This document shows positions 1-10,359 of a DNA stretch of 64,000 nt, one piece after another; the first letter of the stretch is position 1; each line of letters begins with the position of its first letter. The notes under the pieces are model-generated. The model was not told the origin of the DNA and searched no databases. It saw only the letters and a program-made list of their open reading frames with translations. This stretch comes from Takakia lepidozioides (lineage: Eukaryota; Plantae; Bryophyta). A program made the translations under genes and the position numbers. The DNA is taken from positions 24,180,001 to 24,244,000 of the forward strand of contig CM060733.1 in the NCBI GenBank assembly GCA_030704615.1, given 5' to 3'.

Positions 1-2650
1 TCACCCTATGGAGGGTGAATGCTATGCCTTGGTGTGGGGAGTATTACACTTTAGGCAGTACCTGTATGGAACCTTTTTGTAATCAGGACTGATCACAAAC
101 CACTGGAGTGGTTGGCAACGGTAAGTGACGCATATGGACGCAGGGGTAGATGGATCATGATGTTACAAGATTTTGAGTTTAAAATTGTTCATAGGGCGGG
201 TGCTAGGCATGCTAACGTAGATGCGCTAAGCAGGTATCCAATGGGACCAGCTGAGGAAACCGAGGAAATCAAGGTATACTCTACTTCTCTATACAGTCAG
301 AAAAGGGAAGGGAGAAAGAGGGATGGAGCCTATCTTCTTAGACTAGAGTGGGATAGGGGTGCCATCAATGCTTCTCTATTTCAATTTAAAGAGGGTAAGA
401 AGGAGTTGAGAGAAGAAGCTCATAGGCAAGTAGGGTATAGCAGTGAAAAGGGGGAAATGATTTGCAAGAGAGGAGTACTATGCATGTGTATGGGGTCTTT
501 GGTATTTCAAGAAGACACTGTTGGGATGTCATTTTTCTTTAGAAACAGATCTGGATCCATATTGGTGGCTATACTCAGAACACCACATAGGCATAGACTT
601 GCTTGGTGACTTTTCATTTGAGTTTGTTCTTGGAATAGATAGATCTTCCACAGGTGGGATGTTGACCAAGGCTCATGGTATATTGAAAGGAGAACTAAAA
701 CCAGGTGTAATGCCAGATAGGGAAGGAAAGAAGGTGACTTTTGCTGCACGGACTTTTGCCACCAAGACCCAAGGAAAGGGCATTGATCAATCAACCCCTG
801 TCAATCTGGTAAGGGAAGGTATTTGGAAAGATGTGGGTGCAGGAAAGAAGGAGGTTCCTGCAATCAGCAACAAAGAAGGGGCAGATCTGATGTCCTCTTG
901 TCCCACCATCCATGTGATTACCCGAGGATCTCTTCTCGTGATCAGGAGCTAAGCAAGGTACAGCCAGCCTGTGAACTTGTGGAAGAACGATCAAACAATG
1001 AAAAGGGAAGCTCACTAGAAACACCATTCCTTCAACACTCTATATACACAGAGACAACAGGAAGAATTTGGGTGACCTCCTCGGCAGAATGCCCAGCTGA
1101 AGACACACATGGGGGTGAGTGTTCCACCAAGACATTTTATTCTTCAGTCAGTGATGGATCACGTTGTTCAAGGCAAGAAACTTCTTCTTGCAACAAGGAT
1201 GTTAAAGGGGACTGGGTGCCATGGACCACACCCACCAAAGCTACTCAGATGTCACTATTACGTGCAGCTGAAAGATGGGGGGAAGACTCTCTCATCAGCT
1301 CTGACAATCATACATCAGCTGTTAAGGAGGAAAGGCAACCTGATGTACTTGATGATGTGGAAGTTATGCATCTCTTATGTTTTGGAGAAGTCAATGACTA
1401 TTTGACAAAGGAAGAAAGCAAGAGAGCCAGCAGGCGGGCAAGGCAGTACTCCTATCTCAAAGGGGAAGTCTACTTTGAGGGAAGGGTAGTTCCACCAAGA
1501 ACGGACAGAGAGGCAATAATCAAAGTGAAGTGCATAAGGCCACTGGCCATTTTGGAATCCGGAGAACACAGAAGAGATATGTCGACGGTATTTCTGGCAT
1601 GACAGAACGAAACTCATCAGGCAAGTACTCAAGGGCTGTGGAGAATGTCAGATGACCAAACAGAACGGAGTGTTACGCTCAGGTAGCTCAAAACTTCACA
1701 GCATTCCAGTTGTGGATCTGTTTTTCAGAGTTGCAATTGACACAGCAGGGCCATTACCCATAACCAACAGGGGCAATCAGTACTTTCTGGTAGCAATAGA
1801 TCACTTCTCAAAATGGATAGAGGCTGCACCAGTGGCAGATCATACAACAGCACTTACTGCCCGCTTTCTAGTGGAAGAAGTCATTAACAGGTATAGCTGC
1901 CCCCACACATTGCTCACTGACAATGGCACGGAGTGGGGAGGTGAGTTTGAAGATGCATGCCGCGAATATGGTATAAAAAGAGAGCATAGCGCTCCCTACT
2001 GGCCTCAGTTTAACGGAATGGTGGAAAGGGTGATTAAGTCCCTCAAGCAGAGCATCACCACCTTGGGAGTTGGAAACGACACTGAGTGGGATCAGAACCT
2101 ATACAAAGCCTTGTTTGGTTACAGAATGGGTGTTCATACTTCAACGGGATTCTCACCTTTTCAAGTGCTGACTGGTAGGATTCCAAGACTTGGGATCGAT
2201 AACAGGTTGCACTTTCTTACAGCAGCAGTAAATTTTGAGGGATCTGTTGCAGAGGTCACACTGATGATGCAGCAGAAAATCCAGTTCCTATCAGAGATAA
2301 AGGCTAAGCTGCGGAAAAATGTGAAGAAAGGGCAGCGTCAGCAGGCAAGGGATTATGAAAGGAGACATCAAGCAGGGCGCAGCTACTGCAAGTTGATAAA
2401 GAACAGCAAGGTGATGATGTTGAGGCCTGGAAAGAGGTCTTCCATGACATCTCCATGGGAGGGACCCTATGACTTTTTGGGGTACAAAGATGCAGGAAAA
2501 ACCACAAGGACAGGGGAAGCTGCACGCATATGCAGGCTAAGAGATGGGGCAAACAAGGAATGGGTAAGAAGTAGGCGGGATTTGAAACCATTCATACCAC
2601 CAGTGGGTGGTCAGCCAGTGAAGGTGGTCAGTGAGGACCCTGACACTTAA
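1..2650 (+). pseudogene. E1 pol 3' part: RNase H, about 1.1 kb unrecognised spacer, frameshifted integrase Zn-binding region, open integrase core (1652-2650); no chromodomain
   Basis: IDTAGP...IDHFSKW...LTDNGTE...NGMVER (DDE) and a WEGPY (GPY/F) motif; frameshifts between ORFs 112, 521, 823 and 1652. Confidence 0.9.
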
Positions 2651-2679
2651 AAAGGGAGACACACTACATATGTAGTGTG
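2649..2679 (+). other. E1 polypurine tract (2649-2659) followed by a perfect 20-bp palindrome CACACTACA-TA-TGTAGTGTG (2660-2679) spanning the 3' LTR start
   Basis: Read directly: AAAAAGGGAGA CACACTACA TA TGTAGTGTG. Confidence 0.9.
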
Positions 2680-2853
2680 AATGCAGGGGAGTGACATTAC
2701 ATTTTGTCTTACCGTTAAGACCCTACATCACTACAACGGGAGTGCCCGTTGTACAACTGCAGGAGGGATATATCCCTGCATACAGGTAATTTCATGGGCA
2801 TACTGTGCTTATGCTTTGCCAGGATAAAAATGGCTAAATCATGACCATGCGTA

Positions 2854-2925
2854 TTTTCATCCGTAGGATGAACGTTTTCATCCGTAGGATGCACGTTTTC
2901 ATCCGTAGGATGCACGTTTTCATCC
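2854..2925. repeat. 21-bp tandem repeat in the E1 LTR (3 units here, 2 in the other LTR)
   Basis: Unit TTTTCATCCGTAGGATG(A/C)ACG, each containing the dyad CATCC-GTA-GGATG. Confidence 0.9.
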
Positions 2926-4212
2926 CAGGTGTTTAACCTAGAAACGCGGGTTGAGGAAAACGAAGAGGAAGATGACGGGCAACTCTTAGCAGCTGCTGCA
3001 AGCAGTGGGGTTGTCAGGGTCGTCTGTTTTTGGGAGGTTGTACCTACGCTATGGGACTCTGCTTGGTTTAGAGAGCAGCATTAAGTGCTTCTGCTTGGTA
3101 TTCTGTGTAAAGGGAAGCGGTGCCGCTTCTCTCGTAGTGATGATCAATTCCTGGAGTAGGAGCATGTAAGAAGAGCGGCGCACCACCGCTGTCGCCATTG
3201 CCTTGAAGAAAACAGTTATGGGCAGATGAGCAAGCAAGGAAAACGGCCAGCTGCCGGAAGCACAAGGAAGTGAGTTGTGGGCACAATCAATGGAGGGGAT
3301 GAGGCATGTGAAGTGCTGGCTGGATGGCAACTCAGGTTATCTGTAATCAAAGCTTATAGCTGCTTTTGTGTCTTCTTTGCTATAGGACCATGTCAATTCT
3401 TAGGGAAGAATTGCACGCATAGAAGGATAGAGTATTTAGTTGGCAAGCCACAGGATGTTCCATAGGATGAAGAGGAGCCATCATGGCATGATAAATACTG
3501 GAATCAAGACAAGGAGAATAGGTTGAAGTGGCTGCTGACAGGCGATGGTGAGGTGCCATCTTGGCAGGCAGATCCACCGCTTCGCTGGAGGATAAAACAG
3601 ATAAGTTCGTAGACTGTTGGCTTCGGTTTTTGGGGGTAGTGACTTAGAAATCGTTTTGGTGTGGATTTAGGACTGGCTCTTGGTAGAGGAGAAGGAGGTA
3701 GAGACATGTGATAGAGGAAAAGGTTTTGGAAATGGAATGGAGACTCTGGACTTCAAACCAGGATAGGGAAAGGATGGATGCACCTGATGTTATAGTGTCA
3801 GTAGGAGAAATGAGTGGGGGGAGAGATTGCTTGTCACTGAATCAGAATGGTCACTGTTTGTCTTCATTCTTGTTCTTTGTTTCAGTGTTATAAACCTGCA
3901 CACAATGCTGCCCTGGGTATTGATACACTGGAACCAATGTAGACCTAGCTTGGCTGATTGAAAACACCAGTGAGGGTTAGTTAGAACTGTTGAAAACAGA
4001 GAAAGGATAATGTGGATGGGGAAGCAATACGGACATTGATTTGGTTTTGGAACTGATTTCCAGTATGGTCTCAGGGTATGAACAACTGAGGTTCACAGTT
4101 GAAGGGAGAAGAGGGCTGTTGGGGTATTTGGTTGAAACTTGTAGAAAGGCTGAGAGCTGTTTGGGCAATGGCTTCTTTTGGAAAAAGGTAGTGTGAAGGG
4201 TTGGACATTGGC

Positions 4213-4214
<2 letters not shown>

Positions 4215-4306
<92 letters not shown>
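4215..4306. repeat. (GA)n microsatellite in the E1 3' LTR; shorter counterpart at 10314-10357
   Basis: Pure GA run of about 46 units, versus about 22 units in the other LTR. Confidence 0.98.
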
Positions 4307-4309
<3 letters not shown>

Positions 4310-5000
4310 ATGAATGGGATGGTTATGCCTTGTGTGACCGAGGATGATTTCAAGGCTGGGTGCACTGGATGCCTAGCTGAGTTGTTCATTGCATTGCATG
4401 GTAGATATGCTGCTGTTGAAGAAGTGAGGAACCTGTAGACCAAGATTAGAGAGAGAGAGAAAAGGATTTGGGAAGGGAGAGAGCTGCTCAGTAAAAGGGG
4501 TTGATGGGGATGGCCAATTTGGGGAGATGAGATGAAGAAAAATGAACCCTGAAAGAGACCAGTGGCCCTGCAGTTCATGGCAGATCTGAGCTGCCTCCCT
4601 CTAAATCTGTGTCACCATTACAAAGGGGGCTTCCGACGTGTCACTGCTCAAGGGAGCTTCACATTAAGGGTCGTGTTCAGCGCTGTCATAGGGCTGGTTG
4701 CATCACAGAAAAGATCATGGCAGCACTGGTGGCGCTGTGATCATAGGGCAAGGCTGTTGTATAAAAGTAGAATCAAGAGCAAGAACAATTCAAAAACTCC
4801 CCATCCATGTCTTCTCTTCCGCTGCGGCGTGGATGAGGATTGCATGAACTCTGATCATGAACGAACTAAGGGAAACCCACAGCCATGTGAAGATGGTTGG
4901 ATCACTAGAGCGCTCCTTCCTTTGCTTTAACTTCAACTGGGGAGGAGTACAGATTGGAATCACCCAGAAGGGGATTCACGCCCCTTCTTTTCACACTACA

Positions 5001-5581
5001 CCACCATCGAATATGGAAAGCTTCACGTTTTCGTCGTCCACACCAATGCGAATGTCCCCATACAATGGAGAAGATGAGCACACTCCTTCAGGAGTATAAG
5101 TCTCTCCGATGGAGTCCACCCACGTCCACTGGCAGCAGTTCCCTTGCAACAGCATAGCAGTGCGCATTCTTCTGCATGGGTGCCCGTCGTAGCTGGGAAA
5201 ATCGGAATCAAGGATGCGCACGAGCCACGGACTCCTCAGACCAAGATCGTCACCCCGCTCGAAGGCGTACTGGCCTGGGAGATACTCAAAAGCGGACAAT
5301 GTTTCCACATTCAAACCAGTATCTTCTGTGTAATCTGTGTACCAGATAACAATGTCTCCCGATGTGGCCGAATACATTGCATAATCGATGCCTCCATAAG
5401 GGCAGTCGTCCCGGTTCCGGAAGCACGGTATCCTTGCAAAGGAGGACCTGAGGACGTCTTTGATGCCGATGACAATGACCTTGCGGACAGCAACGAAGCC
5501 CTTAGATTTTCGAAATGATGAGAAGCGGAAGAGCAGTGCGGGCTCCAATAATGGAGCATCTGGGTCACAAGTACCCACCAA
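5001..5581 (-). pseudogene. Unknown protein, paralogue A; interrupted by E1, with its 3' end at 11880-12016 (+)
   Basis: Aligns with ORF 5934-6398. Joining across the TSD gives an open frame ...VKLSIFDGG-MIEGRDIVVNIN...VEVPLTT*. Start codon not resolved. Confidence 0.65.
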
Positions 5582-5933
5582 TCATCGTGTAATGTGTTCA
5601 TCACGCCAGTGGTGGATGAATCGATACGAGGTTTAGTTTGAAATCTGCCACCGAAGTCCATCCCCCGGATGGAAATTCGGCGCCGCATTTACATCGAAGG
5701 GGGGATGGACTTCGTCGTCTCGAGTGGCTATAGGCCCACCTGGCACTTACTGCCCATAGTTTGCATGGCAGGGAAGGAAACTGAAACGGCTACATTCATG
5801 GATGAGCCAATCTTCATCCGTGCAGGTTCCTGTCGGGGGGAAATTTAAATGTGCCATGGAGTGTTTGTGAGGAATTGCAGCGTTTGCTTGAATTTCTTCC
5901 AGCCACCGCGCTGCTGCCTCCTCCATCCGGGAG

Positions 5934-6398
5934 TTGCTGTCATTGAGCGTACTTCGATACTCTTTTTCAGGGATGCCGTGCCGCCGAAATCCTGCTGACT
6001 ACCCTTATCATGGCCACGATTATGCTATGTTCAAACCAGAATCAGGAGACATCATTGTCTGGCTCTCTGTTTTCACAGACGCTTCTAGAATCAAGCAGGA
6101 GTCTTTGCGCGCAATGGAGTATCTGGAGGGCTATTACCGCTTTGAGCGAGGTGAGGGCGAAATCCCATCTTCACCTTGCGGAACCGACCATCTCACCTCC
6201 GTTGGCTCGTCGTCCTCCCTGTCTGCATCGCTCTCATCCGCTGAATCACATATGAACTTTTGCACCCATCTACCTGTCTCAGCTGTTGCCAACTCTTTCC
6301 TTATCCTTCTGTCCTCCCTAGCCCTCTCCAAAATCTGCTCTACTTTACTGGGATTCTCACATCGTCTAATCGCTGTATTTGCGAGTTTAGCTGCATAA
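5934..6398 (+). CDS. Unknown protein, paralogue B (similarity to A ends near 6160; ends uncertain)
   Basis: VLRYSFSGMPCRRNPADYPYHGHDYAMFKPESGDIIVW...AMEYLEGYYRFERG versus VLRSSFARIPCFRNRDDCPYGGIDYAMYSATSGDIVIW...AFEYLPGQYAFERG in A. Confidence 0.6.
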   Translation: MLSLSVLRYSFSGMPCRRNPADYPYHGHDYAMFKPESGDIIVWLSVFTDASRIKQESLRAMEYLEGYYRFERGEGEIPSSPCGTDHLTSVGSSSSLSASLSSAESHMNFCTHLPVSAVANSFLILLSSLALSKICSTLLGFSHRLIAVFASLAA

Positions 6399-7187
6399 CT
6401 AGGAAGGGAGTAGTCCTTCACTGGGCTCGTCATGAAGTCGGCCCTCGCAAAGAACGGGACATTCTTCCTGGCAGGAAGTGTAGGCCCTACATGTTTCGAC
6501 CCGGATCCTGGAATCCTGCACATAACAATCACCAACGAGACCAATGAGAACCAGAGTCCGGAAATGCGTTTGACAAAAAATCACCCAGAAGGCTTTGCAA
6601 ACTTACAATGTTTGCACTCACTCGTATTGCGGGTTCTCCTCGGCATCATGTCCACTGTCTCTTCCTCCGACTCCGACGAATCCGAGGAGTCCTTGGCTTC
6701 GATGGGAGCCGGCCTTCACATTCCATTGCAGCCCTTCCAGATGGGATCCCCAGACGGATGTGTCCTCCTCGTAGGCAAAGAGGTGCCGGTCGGAAAACCG
6801 CCAAGCCCACATTGAGGCACCTGTTACAATGCCATCCACACATTATGACATGGCCCTTCAGATGTTGCAAATGAAAGCATAACGAGAGTTTGCAGAATAG
6901 CATACAACAAGATTTTGCATACCTGTCCCACAGATGAGGTCGAGCACTGTGCCCTCCACGTCAGTGCATGTCTCCATAATTGTCTGAATGAAGGCAGGGC
7001 TCCGAGTGCGTGAATACCGCAGGGGTTCAGTTGAAGTGAGGCTATGAGGGAGAAGTTCCGTGGGAACGTTGTTGAACATGACGTCGTAATCGATGGGGTC
7101 GCAGTTCGGGTCAACCAACAATCCCTCCTTCCGGAAAGCAAAGGTGGAGTTCTCCTTCACAAAGTAGTATGCATCGAACTGCTTTGT
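6134..7187 (-). pseudogene. 3' part of a spliced beta-class N4/N6 DNA-methyltransferase-like gene; exons 7187-6923, 6820-6622, 6515-6134; 5' part removed by a breakpoint near 7200
   Basis: Spliced product RSPAFIQTIMETCTDVEGTVLDLICGTG|ASMWAWRFSDRHLFAYEED fits motifs X-I-II. Both GT-AG introns (102 and 106 bp) keep the frame. Catalytic motif IV is not in the window. Confidence 0.65.
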
Positions 7188-7199
7188 CTGCATACACAG

Positions 7200-9177
7200 T
7201 GGGCTCTATCTACCTTTTCGTTCTCCTCATATCCTCCCATCTCCTCATCTTTATCAGATTCAGAGCTGTCAGAGTCTGGAGATCCTTCCTCCGTGTCCAC
7301 AAACTCTTCCTCGGGCTTTCTTTCTTCTTCCCACAAACCTAGGTACTGTTCATCTGATGTCAGGGTCAAGACATTTCCTACTGACGTAGTGCTTGCATAC
7401 CTTACTCTGCCCTCATCCCCTCTGTGGTAGGCTATTCTGGTGACTGCAGGCTCATTATAATTTATGGTGTGCAAAGGGAAGTGAGCAAAATCCTTTCCTG
7501 GCCCATAGCGTACACGAATCGTTTCAGCTTCGGTGTCAACTACCGCGCGAAACTTTTTGAGAAAGTCCAAGCCCAAAAGCATGTGATACGTATCCGTGTT
7601 TACCACCATAAGCAATTGGTCAGTTCTCCTACTTTGACCTTGATGTCCTCAAGTCTGCCCATTGCAGTCTCAAGAGCACCTGAGGCTACTCTGTAATTTA
7701 CATCCTTATCAGTAACAACAGATCCCATCAGACCAAGATCCCTGACTGTACTTGCGGATATTACAGAAAGCATGGCACCGGTGTCAATTTGGCCTAATAC
7801 TTGGTAATCTCCCATTGTAATCATTACATGAAGCGCTTTAACCTTACCAGTATAAGCATACGAGATCGTGGGCTCAGCGTGTGCTGAGTACAAAGGCCTT
7901 GGAACATCCCTTACTATTTCTACACTGTGAGTTGTCTCCTTTTGTTGTACCATTGCCCTTTCCACCACTTTGACCAGCCCCTTTAATTTATCTAACTCTC
8001 CGGGCACAGTCATGATTAGGTCCATGGGAGACAAGGATATTCTCCCATTGTAGAAGTGGTTCAGGATTCTGGATTTAGTACCTCCTTCTATGGCAGCTTT
8101 GAAATTGTTCTTTGGGTAGATCTCACTCTTGGTCTTGCTTGGCTGTTCACTGCTCTCACCATTCCTCTCTGGTGACTCTGTAGGTTCAACAGTAGGACTC
8201 TGGACAGGGATACGCGTCCTTGGAAGTCTGACTTCATTGATACTATTTTGTGACATCAGATCTGTCATTTCTGCGAGTACATCATCCTCATCATCATAGA
8301 ACACATCTACAAAGTTAGTTCCAGGAGTTCCCATCATAGTCTGGTCGAGTTTTCTACTGCACTCACTCTCTGTATGCCCTAGTACCTTGCAAAAGTTGCA
8401 TCTCACACCACACATTTCCGTGGAATGCCCAAACCGGTGACATTTGTCACACTTAGCTTGGGTTCTTCCTTCAGGACAATATGTAGCTATGTGACCTTCT
8501 TTATGACAAACGTTACAAAGGCGCACACGAGGAGGTGTTCTAGATCCAGAGCTTTCTCCTATGACTGGTCCCCTATCAAAGTACTTCTGTAGGGTAGTGT
8601 TTAGCTGATCAAGTCTTCTGTCCACAGGGTTGACAAACACAACTGACTCATCTGTATCATCTCCTTCCAATGGCTCTAGAGGTATTTCCCCCAACTTTCC
8701 CAGGCCCCTCTCAATCTCAATGGCTGTCTCAAGTGCTTCCTCTACATCAGAGAAGCGCCTGCCCAGCATTACTCTTGCTATTTCAGGTCTCAAACCTGCT
8801 GCAAATCTACGCCTCTGTTCCAAATCAGATGCCCCACTTCTTATAAACAACCGGTTCAACCTATCAAAGTATGTCTGAACCCTTTGTCTATTTTCCTGTT
8901 TGATGGTATCCATCCTCAGCCTGATTTCTGCCAAGTCAATGACACCAAACTTGGCTGATATGGCTGCCTTGAAATCTTCCCAGTTGCCTGGTCTAGGGTT
9001 TTGTTTACGGTACCATTCATCAGCCTTGGCTCTCAGGTTGAGCCTTGCTACCTTGAAGGTTTTATCCTCATTTAAATCTCTAACATTTGCCTCCATCTGA
9101 ATCCTTTCCAGCCAGTCATTCACATCCTCACTATTCCTACCATGATAAGGCACATCTATGCTAGTTGGACTGGTCAT
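7200..9177 (-). pseudogene. E1 gag-protease (ORF 9177-7600, frameshifting into 7615-about 7200)
   Basis: Capsid-like N-terminus; three CCHC knuckles (CNVCHKEGHIATYC, CDKCHRFGHSTEMC, CNFCKVLGHTESEC); protease IDTGA...LLGLDFL. Confidence 0.92.
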
Positions 9178-9249
9178 TCTTCTACTCTCTAGTCTGAGTT
9201 CAAACTGGTTTTAACACCTAATTCTGATTCTAATTTTTCTGAAACACCC

Positions 9250-9576
9250 TTAATGCTGACCTCTATACCACTCCCACTGTCCATTTCGCAACATCTCTAC
9301 TCTACCTCCCCATGTCACTTCTCGTGCCATGGTATTTATCTTCTCCCACCTTCCTAACTCTCTTATCCAAAGTACTATGGTTGTTCTTCCACCAGCATGT
9401 ATCACTCTAAGACATAAATCACCATCAGCTATTCTCCAAGCAGGGTTGAAGAAGTACAAACAAGGGTTTGCGTAGGCATTTGGTGAGCGTCGGCTGAAGC
9501 AAATCAGCACATCTCCAATGCTTGGTTCATCAGGAATCAATGTATGGTCTCTGCCTGCCATCAAACCATCCAACAC
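9250..9576 (-). CDS. Short extra ORF between the PBS and gag of E1, function unknown
   Basis: Sense ORF of 108 codons (first ATG 9561), Trp/Arg-rich, ending about 70 bp before the gag ATG. Confidence 0.45.
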   Translation of the reverse strand: MLDGLMAGRDHTLIPDEPSIGDVLICFSRRSPNAYANPCLYFFNPAWRIADGDLCLRVIHAGGRTTIVLWIRELGRWEKINTMAREVTWGGRVEMLRNGQWEWYRGQH

Positions 9577-9616
9577 AAATCAAGATCCCTAGCTAGTAGA
9601 TATCACAATTTAACGA

Positions 9617-9629
9617 GGCTCTGATACCA
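9617..9629 (-). other. E1 primer-binding site (tRNA-iMet)
   Basis: TGGTATCAGAGCC directly after ...CCCCTTCTTT, with no CA in between. Confidence 0.92.
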
Positions 9630-10310
9630 AAAGAAGGGGCGTGAATCCCCTTCTGGGTGATTCCAATCTGTACTCCTCCCCAGTTGAAGTTAAAGCAAAG
9701 GAAGGAGCGCTCTAGTGATCCAACCATCTTCACATGGCTGTGGGTTTCCCTTAGTTCGTTCATGATCAGAGTTCATGCAATCCTCATCCACGCCGCAGCG
9801 GAAGAGAAGACATGGATGGGGAGTTTTTGAATTGTTCTTGCTCTTGATTCTACTTTTATACAACAGCCTTGCCCTATGATCACAGCGCCACCAGTGCTGC
9901 CATGATCTTTTCTGTGATGCAACCAGCCCTATGACAGCGCTGAACACGACCCTTAATGTGAAGCTCCCTTGAGCAGTGACACGTCGGAAGCCCCCTTTGT
10001 AATGGTGACACAGATTTAGAGGGAGGCAGCTCAGATCTGCCATGAACTGCAGGGCCACTGGTCTCTTTCAGGGTTCATGTTTTCTTCATCTCATCTCCCC
10101 AAATTGGCCATCCCCATCAACCCCTTTTACTGAGCAGCTCTCTCCCTTCCCAAATCCTTTTCTCTCTCTCTCTAATCTTGGTCTACAGGTTCCTCACTTC
10201 TTCAACAGCAGCATATCTACCATGCAATGCAATGAACAACTCAGCTAGGCATCCAGTGCACCCAGCCTTGAAATCATCCTCGGTCACACAAGGCATAACC
10301 ATCCATTCAT

Positions 10311-10359
<49 letters not shown>

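Larger units (their letters stand above)
1..5000 (+). mobile_element. Ty3/gypsy LTR retrotransposon E1, 3' portion (RNase H, spacer, integrase, PPT, 3' LTR)
   Basis: RNase H C-terminus (TDHKPLEW...IVHRAGARHANVDALSR), integrase core, purine tract 2649-2659, TG...CA LTR 2671-5000 followed by CCAC. Confidence 0.95.
2671..5000 (+). repeat. E1 3' LTR (2330 bp)
   Basis: Starts TGTAGTGTGA and ends TCACACTACA (10-bp terminal inverted repeat); near-identical to the reverse complement of 9630-11879. Confidence 0.95.

Noticed and set aside
2854-2925. CRISPR-like array of dyad repeats (also 21410-21580, 34609-34653)
   Set aside because: Contiguous tandem units with no unique spacers, no cas genes, eukaryotic context.
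2715-4930. Short ORFs inside the E1 LTRs, duplicated at 9690-11522 (including SL/ER dipeptide runs)
   Set aside because: Identity reflects LTR duplication; the runs are microsatellite translations; no protein motifs.
9617-9629. tRNA genes at TGGTATCAGAGC / TGGTGGAGGTGCG (also 40917, 57753)
   Set aside because: Only 12-13 nt of complementarity next to LTRs; these are primer-binding sites.
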